Assembly (NCBI GenBank): GCA_045657545.1
Contig: JAZOTH010000025.1
Location: 50,662-114,661, forward strand
DNA: 64,000 nucleotides
Reading direction: 5' to 3'
Origin: Tidjanibacter sp.
Lineage (GTDB): Bacteria; Bacteroidota; Bacteroidia; Bacteroidales; Rikenellaceae
Part shown: piece by piece, positions 8,481 to 19,622 of the stretch
How the letters are laid out: the number at the start of each line of letters is the position of its first letter
Numbering within the stretch: position 1 is the first letter of the stretch
The notes under the pieces: generated by a model
Told to the model about the DNA's origin: nothing
Databases searched by the model: none
The model's input: the letters and a program-made list of their open reading frames with translations, nothing else
Program-made: the position numbers and the translations under genes

Positions 8481-11400
8481 ATGAACAATTATCGCATATT
8501 TGTCGAAAAACGCGAGCCTTACAGGGTGGAGGCAGAGAGCTTGCTGAGGGAACTCAATTCGAATCTCGGATTGAATATTGCCTCGTTGCGTTTGCTGTGC
8601 GTTTATGACTTGTTTGGTTTTTCGCGTGAATTGATAGAGGAGAGTCGCTATCGAGTCTTTGGCGAGGTGGCTACCGACAGCGTCACCGATGAGGTCGATT
8701 TTGGCGGAATGCCCCATTTGGCTATTGAGTGCCTTCCCGGTCAGTTCGACCAGAGGGCAGCTTCGGCTACCGAGTGTGTGAAACTGCTCTCACCCTCAGC
8801 TGAGGTGGAGATTCGCAGTGCCAAACTTATCATCTTTGATGAGAGTGTCACCGAGGAGCAGATGGCCAGAATCTCCAATTACTGCATCAATGCGGTGGAA
8901 TCGAGAGAGAAAGACCTCTCTGTTTTGGCTCCTGCCGAGAGGGCGGTGGCTAAACCTGTGGAGGTGCTTGATGGATTCCGTGGGATTACCCGCGAGGAGG
9001 CCGACGGCTACTGCAAGGAGAAGGGCTTGGCGATGAATGGCGATGATTTGATGGAGGTTGTGGGATATTTCACCAGAGAGGGTAGGGAGCCCAATGAAAC
9101 CGAGTTGCGCATCTTGGATACCTATTGGAGTGACCACTGCCGCCACACAACTTTCACAACCGAACTTACCGATATTGAGGTGGAGGATTCGTTTGTGTCG
9201 GACGATATAAAGGATGCCGTTGAGTTGTGGAAAAATATCCGCAAGAGGCTTGGCAGAGAGGGTAAGAGCCTCTGTCTGATGGATCTTGCAACCATTGGTG
9301 CAAGGTACCTCAAAAAGCAGGGCCTGCTGGATGATATGGAGCAGAGCGAAGAGAACAATGCGTGCAGTATCTATGTCGATGTTGATGTGGATGGCAAGAT
9401 GGAGCGTTGGCTTCTGATGTTCAAAAACGAAACCCACAACCACCCCACAGAGATTGAGCCCTTTGGTGGTGCTTCGACCTGCTTGGGCGGTGCCATTCGT
9501 GACCCGCTGAGTGGTAGGAGTTATGTCTATCAGGCAATGAGGGTGACGGGTGCAGGTAACATCTACCTCCCTGTGGGCGAAACGATGAAGGGTAAATTGC
9601 CTCAGAGGGTCATCTCGTTGCGTGCAGCTGCGGGCTACTCCTCCTATGGCAACCAGATAGGTCTTGCAACAACCCACGTCAGGGAGGTGTATCACCCAGA
9701 TTATGTTGCCAAGAGGCTTGAAATTGGTGCCGTTGTGGGTGCTGTGAAGGCCGAGAATGTAAGGCGTGAGAGTCCCGCAGAGGGCGATGTGATATTGATG
9801 TTTGGTGGCAGAACGGGCCGCGATGGTATTGGTGGTGCTACGGGCTCTTCGAAGGAACACAACGTAAGCTCCATTGAGGAGTGCGGCAGTGAGGTGCAGA
9901 AGGGTAATGCCCCCGAGGAGAGGAAAATCTCCCGCTTGTTCCGCAGGCCCGAGGTTACAAGACTTATCAAGAAGTCCAACGACTTTGGCGCGGGTGGCGT
10001 GAGTGTTGCCATTGGTGAGCTGACCGATGGACTCGATATTTATCTCGATAGGGTGACCACCAAGTATAGCGGTCTGAATGTTACGGAGCTTGCAATCAGC
10101 GAGTCGCAGGAGCGTATGTCGGTGGTTGTGGAGGCGAAGGACAAAGAGGAGTTTGAACGCTATTGCCACGAGGAGAATATAGAGGTTAGACACGTTGCCG
10201 ATGTGACCTCAACGGGTAGAATGAGGATGTTCTATGGCGGTGAGGTTGTGGCCGATTTGAGTCGCGAGTTTATCGACTCGGCAGGTGCTAAACACTATGC
10301 GGCTGTGAAGGTGGGTGCTGTGGAGCAGAAAAACCCCTTCGAGCGCAATGTGGAGGGCGAGAACCTCACCGAGAAATTTAAGACTCTGCTTGCGGATGAT
10401 AATGTGACCACCCAGAAGGGCCTTGTTGAGATGTTCGATTCGAGCATTGGTCGCTCTACGGTCTTGATGCCTTACGGTGGTAAAACTCAGACGACGGAGA
10501 GTCAGGTGAGCGTTCAGCGTCTGCCCGTGGGCAACCATACGACCAACACTGCAAGTATGCTCTCCTATGGTTTCAACCCCTATTTGAGCAGTTGGAGCCC
10601 CTACCACGGTGCTGCATACGCAGTTGTGGAGGCTGTGGCAAAGGCTGTGGCAGCGGGTGCCGAGTATGAGAAGATGCGATTCTCGTATCAGGAGTACTTC
10701 GAGAAGATGTCGAGCCCAACGGCTTGGGGCAAACCCCTTGTTGCGTTGCTTGGCGCATTGCGTATGCAGGTGGCTCTGGGCTTGCCTTCGATTGGCGGTA
10801 AGGACTCGATGAGTGGTACATTTGCAAATATTAGCGTTCCTCCCACGTTGGTGGCCTTTGGTGCTACGGCTGTGGATAGCAGGGTGGTAATCAGCCCCGA
10901 GTGGAAATCGGCAGGCAGCTATCTCTACCTTGTGCGCCACACACCTTTGAAGAATTGGATGCCCGATACAGAGGAACTCATTGATATTTATGAGATTGTT
11001 CGCCATAAGATTTTTGCGGGAGCCATCACCTCGGCCTGGGCTGTGGGCTTTGGTGGCGTGGCAGAGGCTTTGGCGAAGATGAGCTTTGGTAATAGAATTG
11101 GTGCCAATGTGGAGGTGTCGGAGAGCGATTTGTTTGGTTGGAACTATGGCTCGTTGGTGATTGAGAGTGTGAAACCTCTCGACTTCCCCCACTTTGAGTT
11201 GCTGGGTATGACCACCTCGGAGGAGAGCCTTGTTGTCAATGGAGAAAAGATGGCTCTCGATGTTCTTTTGGAGGCTAACCGCCAGCACTTTACGGAGATT
11301 TACCCCGATAGGAGCGGCTTGGAGGGTGCGGCAGAGAATGCCACCTCGAAGGAGAATACGACTCACTACGAGGGCGAGGCTGTGGAGAACCCTATTGTCT

Positions 11401-12188
11401 ATCTCCCCGTATTCCCCGGTACCAACTGCGACTACGATATGGCTAAGGCCTTCACGATGGAGGGAGCCGAGGTGCGCACTTCGGTATTCCGCAACCTCTC
11501 GGCAAAGGATATTGAGGAGTCGGTGGAGGAGATGGCCCGCGAGATTGACGGCTGCCACATCTTGGCATTTAGCGGTGGCTTCTCGGCAGGCGACGAGCCC
11601 GATGGTAGCGGTAAGTTTATCGCAAGTGTGATTATGAACTCAACGGTTAAGGGTGCTATTGAGCGTCTGCAACAGAGGGGTGGTTTGATTCTGGGTATTT
11701 GCAACGGCTTCCAAGCGTTGGTTAAGTCGGGATTGTTGCCTTATGGTAAGATTGGTGAGATGACCGCTGAGTCACCCACCTTGTTCCACAACGATATCAA
11801 CCGCCACATCTCGCAGATTGTCACCACAAGGGTGGCATCGGTGGCATCACCTTGGTTGGAGAGCTTCGAGATTGGCGAGTTGCACTCCATTGCTGCTTCG
11901 CACGGTGAGGGTAAGTTTGTGGCCAATGCAGAGTTGGCAAAGGCTCTTTGTGAGGCAGGGCAGATTGCATTCCAATATGCCGACTCGGAGGGCAACGCCA
12001 CGATGCACTCGCCCGAGAACCCCAATGGCTCTACGATGGCTATTGAGGGTATCATCTCGCCCGATGGTAGGATTCTCGGCAAGATGGGCCACTCGGAACG
12101 CTATGAGAGTGGTTTGATGAAGAACATTGCGGGTAATAAGGAGCAGAATCTGTTCCGCAATGCAGTCCGCTATTTTAGGAAGAAATAA
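8481..12188 (+). CDS. purL: phosphoribosylformylglycinamidine synthase, large single-chain form
   Basis: 1235 aa. It has FGAM synthase core repeats and a C-terminal glutaminase domain (GICNGFQAL, SHGEG). Confidence 0.92.
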   Translation: MNNYRIFVEKREPYRVEAESLLRELNSNLGLNIASLRLLCVYDLFGFSRELIEESRYRVFGEVATDSVTDEVDFGGMPHLAIECLPGQFDQRAASATECVKLLSPSAEVEIRSAKLIIFDESVTEEQMARISNYCINAVESREKDLSVLAPAERAVAKPVEVLDGFRGITREEADGYCKEKGLAMNGDDLMEVVGYFTREGREPNETELRILDTYWSDHCRHTTFTTELTDIEVEDSFVSDDIKDAVELWKNIRKRLGREGKSLCLMDLATIGARYLKKQGLLDDMEQSEENNACSIYVDVDVDGKMERWLLMFKNETHNHPTEIEPFGGASTCLGGAIRDPLSGRSYVYQAMRVTGAGNIYLPVGETMKGKLPQRVISLRAAAGYSSYGNQIGLATTHVREVYHPDYVAKRLEIGAVVGAVKAENVRRESPAEGDVILMFGGRTGRDGIGGATGSSKEHNVSSIEECGSEVQKGNAPEERKISRLFRRPEVTRLIKKSNDFGAGGVSVAIGELTDGLDIYLDRVTTKYSGLNVTELAISESQERMSVVVEAKDKEEFERYCHEENIEVRHVADVTSTGRMRMFYGGEVVADLSREFIDSAGAKHYAAVKVGAVEQKNPFERNVEGENLTEKFKTLLADDNVTTQKGLVEMFDSSIGRSTVLMPYGGKTQTTESQVSVQRLPVGNHTTNTASMLSYGFNPYLSSWSPYHGAAYAVVEAVAKAVAAGAEYEKMRFSYQEYFEKMSSPTAWGKPLVALLGALRMQVALGLPSIGGKDSMSGTFANISVPPTLVAFGATAVDSRVVISPEWKSAGSYLYLVRHTPLKNWMPDTEELIDIYEIVRHKIFAGAITSAWAVGFGGVAEALAKMSFGNRIGANVEVSESDLFGWNYGSLVIESVKPLDFPHFELLGMTTSEESLVVNGEKMALDVLLEANRQHFTEIYPDRSGLEGAAENATSKENTTHYEGEAVENPIVYLPVFPGTNCDYDMAKAFTMEGAEVRTSVFRNLSAKDIEESVEEMAREIDGCHILAFSGGFSAGDEPDGSGKFIASVIMNSTVKGAIERLQQRGGLILGICNGFQALVKSGLLPYGKIGEMTAESPTLFHNDINRHISQIVTTRVASVASPWLESFEIGELHSIAASHGEGKFVANAELAKALCEAGQIAFQYADSEGNATMHSPENPNGSTMAIEGIISPDGRILGKMGHSERYESGLMKNIAGNKEQNLFRNAVRYFRKK

Positions 12189-12217
12189 TAAGTTTAATAA
12201 AATAAAAACGTCAGTAA

Positions 12218-12931
12218 ATGAAACAGTTAGAGATGCTCTATGAGGGCAAAGCAAAACAGGTGTTTGCAACAGATGAGGAGAACAAGGTGATTATCCACTA
12301 CAAGGATGCTGCAACCGCTTTCAATAACATCAAGAAGGCAACCATTGAGAACAAGGGTGTGTTGAACAATAAGATTTCGACCATCGTATTCCACCAGTTG
12401 CAGGCAGCGGGTATCCCCACCCACTACATCGAAACCCTCAATGAGCGCGACCAGTTGTGCTTGAAGGTGTCGATTATGCCTTTGGAGGTTATCGTGAGGA
12501 ATGTAATTGCCGGCTCGATGGCAAAACGCCTCGGCATTGAGGAGGGTACTATTGCCCCCAACACTATCTACGAGATTTGCTACAAGGATGACGCACTTGG
12601 TGACCCCCTGATTAACGACCACCACGCTGTGGCTCTCGGTGCTGCAACATACGAGGAGTTGGCCCAGGTGTATGACCTCACTGCTCGTATCAACAAAGTT
12701 TTGATTGATATGTTTGCACAGGTTAATATCCGCCTCGTGGACTTCAAGATTGAGTTTGGTAAGACCGCAGATGGTAAGATTGTCTTGGCCGATGAGATTA
12801 GCCCCGACACTTGCCGCCTTTGGGATGCTACCACCAATGAGAAACTCGACAAAGACCGCTTCCGCAGGGATATGGGTAAGGTGATTGAGGCCTACGAGGA
12901 GATTAACGCACGTTTGAATACCATTAAATAA
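12218..12931 (+). CDS. purC: SAICAR synthase
   Basis: N-terminus [14 protein letters not shown] plus [11 protein letters not shown]. Confidence 0.9.
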   Translation: MKQLEMLYEGKAKQVFATDEENKVIIHYKDAATAFNNIKKATIENKGVLNNKISTIVFHQLQAAGIPTHYIETLNERDQLCLKVSIMPLEVIVRNVIAGSMAKRLGIEEGTIAPNTIYEICYKDDALGDPLINDHHAVALGAATYEELAQVYDLTARINKVLIDMFAQVNIRLVDFKIEFGKTADGKIVLADEISPDTCRLWDATTNEKLDKDRFRRDMGKVIEAYEEINARLNTIK

Positions 12932-12937
12932 TAGGGG

Positions 12938-14368
12938 ATGAACTCCGAAGAGAAGAGATTACACGAGGAGTGTGGCGTTTTTGGTATCTATGGCTCGGAT
13001 GACGCTGCCAATATCTGCTACTACGGTTTGCACGCACTGCAACACCGTGGTCAGGAGGGTTGCGGTATTGTGAGTGCCAAAGATGGTCAGCTCAAATATG
13101 TCAAGGGCGCAGGGTTGGTCAATAGTGTTTTCAACGAAACCAACCTCTCTGAGCTCGATGGCAATATCGCTGTGGGACAGGTGCTCTACACCAATGCGGG
13201 TGGCGGTGGAGTTATGGAGAATATCCAACCCATCGTTTTCCACCATCGCACGGGTGATTTTGCCATCTCCTACAATGGTAAGTTGGTCAATGCCGATAGG
13301 TTGCGCAAGTATTTGGAGGATAGCGGAAGCTTGTTCCTCACCTCGTCGGATTGTGAACTTATAGCCAACCTCATCAAAAAGGATGCAGCACAGGCACACG
13401 TTGATCGTATCCACTCCATTATGGAGGCCCTGAATATGGTGGAGGGTGCATTTGCCTTCCTGATTATGACCGGCAAACGTATCTATGCGTGCAGGGATAA
13501 ACACGGACTCAAACCCCTGTCGTTGGGTAGATTGAAGGATGGTAGCTGGGTAGTGTCGAGTGAGACTTGTGCCTTTGAGGTTATCGGCGCGGAGTATGTT
13601 AGGGATGTGGAGCCGGGAGAGATTATCTCCATCGACCACCACGGAATCCGTAGCAACCATTTTTCGAGCTTCAAACACTACAATATGTGCTCGATGGAGT
13701 ATATCTACTTTGCCCGCCCCGATAGTGATATTGATGGTTGTAATGTCCACGCCTTCCGTAAGGAGAGTGGCAAACTCTTGTTCAAGGAGGCCCCGGCAGA
13801 TGCAGATATAGTAATCGGTGTGCCCGATTCGAGCCTGAGCGCAGCAATAGGCTATGCCGAGGCGAGCGGTATCCCCTATGAAATGGGACTCGTCAAGAGT
13901 AAATATGTGGCTCGCACCTTCATCCAGCCCTCGCAGAGTATGAGGGAGAAGGGTGTGAGGATGAAACTCTCGGCCGTGAGGAGCATTGTTGGTGGCAAGA
14001 GGGTAGTGATGGTGGATGATTCGATTGTGAGGGGTACGACCTCCAAACGTATTGTCCGCCTGCTGAAAGAGGCAGGTGCTACCGAGGTGCACGTCAGGAT
14101 TGCCTCGCCCGCAATGAAACACCCCTGCTACTATGGTGTCGATACCTCTACATATGAGGAACTTATCTCGGCACAAAAGAGCATTGAGGAGGTAAGGGAG
14201 TATATTGAGGCCGATTCGCTCGCATTCCTCACCACCGAGTCACTGATGCGCTCGGGCGATAGGTGTGAGATGTGTATGGCTTGCTTCGATGGAAAGTATC
14301 CCACAGATCTCTACCTGACAGACGAGAACGCAACACTCTATAAACGATACAAAATTAAAGCGAAATAG
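12938..14368 (+). CDS. purF: amidophosphoribosyltransferase (B. subtilis type, with propeptide and Fe-S cysteines)
   Basis: [11 protein letters not shown] then CGVFGIYG (N-terminal nucleophile Cys), PRPP loop [12 protein letters not shown], and late cysteines CYYG and CEMCMAC. Confidence 0.92.
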   Translation: MNSEEKRLHEECGVFGIYGSDDAANICYYGLHALQHRGQEGCGIVSAKDGQLKYVKGAGLVNSVFNETNLSELDGNIAVGQVLYTNAGGGGVMENIQPIVFHHRTGDFAISYNGKLVNADRLRKYLEDSGSLFLTSSDCELIANLIKKDAAQAHVDRIHSIMEALNMVEGAFAFLIMTGKRIYACRDKHGLKPLSLGRLKDGSWVVSSETCAFEVIGAEYVRDVEPGEIISIDHHGIRSNHFSSFKHYNMCSMEYIYFARPDSDIDGCNVHAFRKESGKLLFKEAPADADIVIGVPDSSLSAAIGYAEASGIPYEMGLVKSKYVARTFIQPSQSMREKGVRMKLSAVRSIVGGKRVVMVDDSIVRGTTSKRIVRLLKEAGATEVHVRIASPAMKHPCYYGVDTSTYEELISAQKSIEEVREYIEADSLAFLTTESLMRSGDRCEMCMACFDGKYPTDLYLTDENATLYKRYKIKAK

Positions 14369-14373
14369 ATTCT

Positions 14374-15399
14374 ATGGCAAAAAGTTACGAGGCTTCGGGT
14401 GTGAATCTCGAAGCAGGCTACGAGGTTGTTAGCCGCATCAAAAAACACGTTGCATCGACCACTCGTAAGGGGTCAATGGGCAACATTGGTGCCTTTGGCG
14501 GTATGTTCGACTTGGGCTCGCTCGGTTATGAGCACCCCGTGTTGGTTAGTGGAACAGATGGTGTGGGTACCAAACTCAAACTCGCCTTCGAGATGGATAA
14601 GCACGATACCATCGGTATTGACGCTGTGGCTATGTGTGTGAATGATGTTTTGGCACAGGGTGCCGAGCCTCTCGTCTTCCTCGACTATGTGGCCGTGGGC
14701 AAGAATCACCCTGCAACCGTTGAGGCTATCGTGTCGGGTGTTGCCGAGGGTTGCCGTCAGGCTGGTTGCGCACTCGTGGGTGGCGAAACTGCCGAGATGC
14801 CCGGTATGTACTCCGAGGGTGAGTACGACATCGCAGGCTTCACGGTGGGTGCTGTGGAGAAGTCGAAACTTATTGACTGCTCAAAGGTTAAGGTTGGCGA
14901 TGTGCTTGTGGGTGTAGCTTCGAGCGGCGTTCACTCCAATGGTTTCAGCCTTGTGAGGAAAATTGTGAGCGACAATGGCCTGAAACTCAATGAGAAATAC
15001 CCCTTGACGGGCGACCAGACGCTGGGCGAGATGCTTTTGACTCCCACCAAAATCTATGTTAAGCAGATGCACAAGGTCTTTGCAGAGGTGGATGTTCACG
15101 GCTTGGCTCACATCACCGGTGGTGGCTTCGATGAGAATATTCCCCGCATCTTGAAAGATGGTCAGGGTGTGGAGGTTACCGAGGGTAGCTGGGAGATTTT
15201 GCCCGTATTCCGCCTTTTGGAGGAGTATGGTGGCGTGCCTCATAGGGAGATGTTCAACATCTTCAATATGGGTGTCGGTATGGTTGTGGCAGTCAATGAG
15301 GAGGATGCCCAGAGGGTTGTGGAGATTCTCACCGAGTGTGGCGAAAGAGCAACTGTTATTGGTAAAATCGTAGAGGGCGAAGGCGTAAAACTGTTGTAG
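14374..15399 (+). CDS. purM: phosphoribosylformylglycinamidine cyclo-ligase (AIR synthase)
   Basis: Motifs [11 protein letters not shown] and DYVAVGK. Confidence 0.92.
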   Translation: MAKSYEASGVNLEAGYEVVSRIKKHVASTTRKGSMGNIGAFGGMFDLGSLGYEHPVLVSGTDGVGTKLKLAFEMDKHDTIGIDAVAMCVNDVLAQGAEPLVFLDYVAVGKNHPATVEAIVSGVAEGCRQAGCALVGGETAEMPGMYSEGEYDIAGFTVGAVEKSKLIDCSKVKVGDVLVGVASSGVHSNGFSLVRKIVSDNGLKLNEKYPLTGDQTLGEMLLTPTKIYVKQMHKVFAEVDVHGLAHITGGGFDENIPRILKDGQGVEVTEGSWEILPVFRLLEEYGGVPHREMFNIFNMGVGMVVAVNEEDAQRVVEILTECGERATVIGKIVEGEGVKLL

Positions 15400-15966
15400 A
15401 TGAAACGATTGGCTGTTTTTGCGAGCGGTAATGGCTCCAACTTTGAGGCAATAGCCAAAGGGTGCAAAGAGGGCTCTATTGTGGATGCCCAAGTGGTGCT
15501 CTGCGTGTGCGACAAGGCGGGCGCCTATGTGCTCGAAAGGGCTCGCAAGTATGGCATACCAACGCTCCTTTTTAACCCCAAAGAGTTTGGCTCCAAGAGG
15601 GAGTTCGAGAGGATGATTGCCGATAGAATGGATGCCGAGGGAGTGGATTTGGTCTGCTTGGCGGGCTATATGCGCATCGTTGGCGAGGAGTTGTTGGAGA
15701 GGTATGGTGGTAGGATTATCAACATCCACCCCGCACTCCTTCCTGCATTCCCCGGTGCACACGCCATTAAGGATGCGTTTGAGTATGGCGTGAAGGTCTA
15801 TGGCGTGACTATCCACGAGGTGGATGCAACACTCGATGGCGGCAAGATTCTGTCCCAAGTGGCTGTGCCCTACGAAGGGAGCGATATCGACGAGTTGGAG
15901 GCGATGATTCACAAGGCAGAACACAAACTTTATATTGAAACGATAAATAAGATAATTGATAAATAA
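15400..15966 (+). CDS. purN: phosphoribosylglycinamide formyltransferase
   Basis: Motifs FASGNGSNFEAI, INIHPALLP and HEVDATLDGG. It starts directly after the purM stop. Confidence 0.9.
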   Translation: MKRLAVFASGNGSNFEAIAKGCKEGSIVDAQVVLCVCDKAGAYVLERARKYGIPTLLFNPKEFGSKREFERMIADRMDAEGVDLVCLAGYMRIVGEELLERYGGRIINIHPALLPAFPGAHAIKDAFEYGVKVYGVTIHEVDATLDGGKILSQVAVPYEGSDIDELEAMIHKAEHKLYIETINKIIDK

Positions 15967-17495
15967 TGAGAGCGTTAGTTAGCGTTAGCGACAAGAGAGG
16001 TGTGGTGGAGTTTGCCACCGCGCTCTCGGAGTTGGGTTGGGAGATTATCTCCACAAGTGGTACTTTGGCGAAACTCCGCGAGAGTGGTTTGAAGGTTACC
16101 AATATTAGTGATGTTACAGGCTTCCCCGAGATTTGCGAGGGCCGAGTTAAAACCCTTCATCCCAAGGTGCACGGAGGTCTTCTGGCACGCAGGGATAAGG
16201 AGGAGCATATGGCTGCCCTCGCTGAAAATGAGATTGAAACCATTGATATGGTCTGCGTGAATCTCTACCCATTCGAGGCAACTATTGCCAAAGAGGGTGT
16301 GACTATGGAGGAGGCTGTGGAGAATATCGACATTGGTGGCCCTTCGATGTTGCGCTCGGCAGCAAAGAACTTTGCATCCGTAAGCGTAGTGTGCGACCCT
16401 GCGGACTACGATATGGTCTTGGCGGAGATTAGGGCAGAGGGTAATACCAAGCCCGAAACACGCCTTATGCTATCGGCAAAGGCCTATACTCACACAGCTC
16501 TCTACGATAGCCACATTGCAACCTATATGCGTAAGGCTGCGGGATTGGATGAGAAACTCTTCCTAAATTTCGATGCTGTGCAGAGCCTTCGCTATGGCGA
16601 GAATCCCCACCAGAAGGCCTCGTTCTATCGTGGTGACAAGGAGGTTAGCTACTCGGTGGCTTATGCAAAACAACTTGGCGGTAAGGAGCTCTCCTACAAT
16701 AATATTCAGGATGCCAATGCAGCTTTGCAGATTGTAAGGGAGTTCTCGGAGCCCTTCTGCGTTGGTTTGAAACATATGAACCCTTGCGGTGCAGGCGTTG
16801 GCGCAACTATCGAGGAGGCTTGGAAGAGAGCATACGAGGCCGATAAGGTGAGCATCTATGGCGGTATTGTGGCAATGAATAGGCCCCTAACGAAGGAGGT
16901 TGCCGAGATGATGAAACCCATCTTCTTGGAGATTGTTATGGCCCCCTCGTTTGAGCCTGAGGCCTTGGAGGTGTTTGCCTCGAAGAAAAATCTCCGACTC
17001 TTGGAGGTTAAGATGGATGGCGTGAAGGAGCCCCAAAAGCAGTATGTGGGTGTTACGGGCGGTCTGTTGGTGCAGGATGCCGATATGGAGTGCTTGGATG
17101 TTACGGCCGAGATGTGTGTTACCGAGCGCAAACCTTCGAGCGAGGAGTTGCAGGATATGAACTTCGGTTGGAAGGTCGTGAAACACGTCAAGAGCAACGC
17201 CATTGTGGTTGTTAAGGGTGGTATGACACTTGGCGTGGGTGCAGGCCAGATGAATAGGGTTGGCTCGGCAGAGATTGCTCTCAATGAGGCAAAGGTTGCT
17301 GGTGCTACTGATGGCCTTGTACTTGCATCGGATGGTTTCTTGCCCTTCGACGATACGGTAGAACTCGCATCGAAGTATGGCGTTGTGGCAATTGTTCAGC
17401 CCGGTGGCAGTATCCGCGATGAGGATGCAATTAGGAAAGCAAACGAAAAAGGTATAGCAATGCTCTTTACGGGTATGCGCCATTTCAAACATTAG
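15966..17495 (+). CDS. purH: bifunctional AICAR transformylase / IMP cyclohydrolase
   Basis: MRALVSVSDKRGVVEFA (MGS-like domain) and C-terminal QPGGSIRD. It has a TAATG overlap with purN. Confidence 0.92.
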   Translation: MRALVSVSDKRGVVEFATALSELGWEIISTSGTLAKLRESGLKVTNISDVTGFPEICEGRVKTLHPKVHGGLLARRDKEEHMAALAENEIETIDMVCVNLYPFEATIAKEGVTMEEAVENIDIGGPSMLRSAAKNFASVSVVCDPADYDMVLAEIRAEGNTKPETRLMLSAKAYTHTALYDSHIATYMRKAAGLDEKLFLNFDAVQSLRYGENPHQKASFYRGDKEVSYSVAYAKQLGGKELSYNNIQDANAALQIVREFSEPFCVGLKHMNPCGAGVGATIEEAWKRAYEADKVSIYGGIVAMNRPLTKEVAEMMKPIFLEIVMAPSFEPEALEVFASKKNLRLLEVKMDGVKEPQKQYVGVTGGLLVQDADMECLDVTAEMCVTERKPSSEELQDMNFGWKVVKHVKSNAIVVVKGGMTLGVGAGQMNRVGSAEIALNEAKVAGATDGLVLASDGFLPFDDTVELASKYGVVAIVQPGGSIRDEDAIRKANEKGIAMLFTGMRHFKH

Positions 17496-17496
17496 T

Positions 17497-18750
17497 ATGA
17501 AGAGTAAAAAAGTATTGGTCGTTGGCAGTGGCGGTAGGTGCCACGCGATTGTGGATGCCCTTTCGCGCTCCCCACAGGTAGAGAAGATTTACTGCGCTCC
17601 CGGTAATGCGGGTATCGCCAAACAGGCCGAGAGGGTAAATATTGGCGTGGAGGATGTGGAGACTCTTGTGGAGTTTGCCACCCGGAACGGTATTGACCTT
17701 ACGGTGGTTGGCCCCGAGGCTGCACTCGCAGTGGGTATCGTGGATAGCTTCACCCAGAGGGGCTTGCGCATCTTTGGTCCCACGAAGGCTGCTGCGCAGA
17801 TTGAGAGTAGCAAGGAGTTTGCCAAACGACTGATGGCAAAATACGATATTCCAACTGCTGGTTATGAGGCCTTTGAGGAGTACGAAAAGGCGTGGGAGTA
17901 TGTCAAGAATCGTCCTCTGCCCGCCGTTATCAAGTATGATGGCTTGGCAGCAGGCAAGGGAGTTGTTGTGGCTGAGAGCTACGAGGATGCCGACGAGGCT
18001 TTGAAAGATATGCTCTTGGATGCAAGCTTTGGTAAGGGTAGAGTAGTGGTGGAGGATTTCCTCGCCGGCCCCGAGTTCTCGTTTATGTGCGTGGTATCGG
18101 GCGAGAAGGTCTATCCTCTGGCTATGGCGCAAGACCACAAGAGAGCCTATGAGGGTGACAAGGGCCCCAATACGGGCGGTATGGGTGCATATAGCCCTGT
18201 GCCATTTGTTACCGACGAGGTTAGGGAGTTTGCTTTGGAGAAGATTATGTGCCCCACAGCAAAGGCTATGGTTGCCGAGGGTGTGCCTTTCACGGGCGTG
18301 CTCTATGGTGGCTTGATTCTCACCGAGGAGGGCCCCAAAGTTATTGAGTTCAATGCTCGTTTTGGCGACCCCGAAACAGAGGTCGTTCTTCCTCGCTTGA
18401 AGAGCGATATCTACGAACTCTTCGATGCGGCGATTGATGCTCGTGATTGCGAATTGGAGTGGAGCGATGAGGCTCTGCTCGGTATTGTGCTTGCCTCTAA
18501 GGGATACCCGGGAAGCTATCCCAAAGGTGCTGTGATTGAGGGCTTGGAGGAGTCCAAGAGCACTATATACCATATGGGCACTGCCGAGAAAGATGGCAAG
18601 ATTGTTACCGCAGGTGGTAGGGTGCTGATGGTTGTAGGTCGTGGTGCGACGCTTCGTGAGGCACAAGAGCAGGCCCTCTCGGACATTCGGAAGATTGAGT
18701 GCGACAGCCTCTTCTATCGTAGCGACATCGGACATAAGGTATTGGATTAA
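17497..18750 (+). CDS. purD: phosphoribosylamine-glycine ligase
   Basis: VLVVGSGGRCHAIV, an ATP-grasp core, and EFNARFGDPE. Confidence 0.92.
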   Translation: MKSKKVLVVGSGGRCHAIVDALSRSPQVEKIYCAPGNAGIAKQAERVNIGVEDVETLVEFATRNGIDLTVVGPEAALAVGIVDSFTQRGLRIFGPTKAAAQIESSKEFAKRLMAKYDIPTAGYEAFEEYEKAWEYVKNRPLPAVIKYDGLAAGKGVVVAESYEDADEALKDMLLDASFGKGRVVVEDFLAGPEFSFMCVVSGEKVYPLAMAQDHKRAYEGDKGPNTGGMGAYSPVPFVTDEVREFALEKIMCPTAKAMVAEGVPFTGVLYGGLILTEEGPKVIEFNARFGDPETEVVLPRLKSDIYELFDAAIDARDCELEWSDEALLGIVLASKGYPGSYPKGAVIEGLEESKSTIYHMGTAEKDGKIVTAGGRVLMVVGRGATLREAQEQALSDIRKIECDSLFYRSDIGHKVLD

Positions 18751-18768
18751 CAATAAAACTATATATAT

Positions 18769-19620
18769 ATGATTATTAGTGGAACAAGTTTGGCTGCCGA
18801 GATAAAGAAAGGTATCGCAGCCGATGTTGTGAAATATAAGGAGCAGTATGGTCGTGAGCCCCACTTGGTTGTGATTCTTGTGGGCGAAGACCCCGCAAGT
18901 GTCTCCTATGTGACAGGTAAGGCAAAGGACTCCGAGGAGGTGGGATTCAAGAATACCACCATTCGTCGCCCCGCAGATGTGAGCGAGGAGGAGATTTTGA
19001 ACCTCATTGGCGAACTCAACGAGGATAAGGGTGTGGATGGTATTTTGGTGCAACTTCCCTTGCCCAAACACATCAGCGAGGAGAAGGTTATTGCTGCCAT
19101 TAGCAAGGAGAAAGATGTGGATGGCTTCCACCCCCTCAATGTGGCTGCCTTGTGGCAGAAACAGGAGTGTATTCTCCCTTGTACCCCCAAAGGTGTGATT
19201 AAACTGTTGGATAAGGCGGGTGTGGAGATTGCTGGCAAGAAGGCCGTTGTGATAGGCAGGAGCAATATCGTGGGTTTGCCCGTGTCGAAATTGCTCTTGG
19301 ATAGGAACGCAACCGTTACTATGTGCCACAGCCGTACCAAAAACCTCGCAGAAGTGACACGCAAGGCCGATATTTTGGTGGTAGCTATCGGTCGCCCCAA
19401 ATTCGTCACTGCCGATATGGTAGGCGAGGGTGCTGCTGTGATTGATGTGGGTGTCAATCGTGACCCCGAGACAGGCAAACTTTGTGGTGATGTGGATTTC
19501 GAGGCGTGCAAAGAGAAAGCGTCGGTTATTACACCCGTACCCGGTGGCTGTGGTCCTATGACAAGGGCTTGCCTGATGGAAAATACTATTGAATGTTATC
19601 TTAACCAAGTTGCTAAATAG
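18769..19620 (+). CDS. folD: bifunctional 5,10-methylene-THF dehydrogenase / methenyl-THF cyclohydrolase
   Basis: Motifs [30 protein letters not shown] and [10 protein letters not shown]. Confidence 0.92.
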   Translation: MIISGTSLAAEIKKGIAADVVKYKEQYGREPHLVVILVGEDPASVSYVTGKAKDSEEVGFKNTTIRRPADVSEEEILNLIGELNEDKGVDGILVQLPLPKHISEEKVIAAISKEKDVDGFHPLNVAALWQKQECILPCTPKGVIKLLDKAGVEIAGKKAVVIGRSNIVGLPVSKLLLDRNATVTMCHSRTKNLAEVTRKADILVVAIGRPKFVTADMVGEGAAVIDVGVNRDPETGKLCGDVDFEACKEKASVITPVPGGCGPMTRACLMENTIECYLNQVAK

Positions 19621-19622
19621 TT

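Noticed and set aside
8796-11558. Two long minus-strand ORFs (465 and 449 aa) inside purL.
   Set aside because: They are antisense shadows of a 1235-aa gene whose product aligns end to end with FGAM synthase. They contain no recognisable domains.
17485-19608. 707-aa minus-strand ORF spanning purD and folD.
   Set aside because: It is antisense to two strongly recognisable genes and crosses their boundary. Its composition is His/Leu/Gly/Thr-rich junk with no motifs. This is the typical shadow ORF produced by GC3-rich codon usage.
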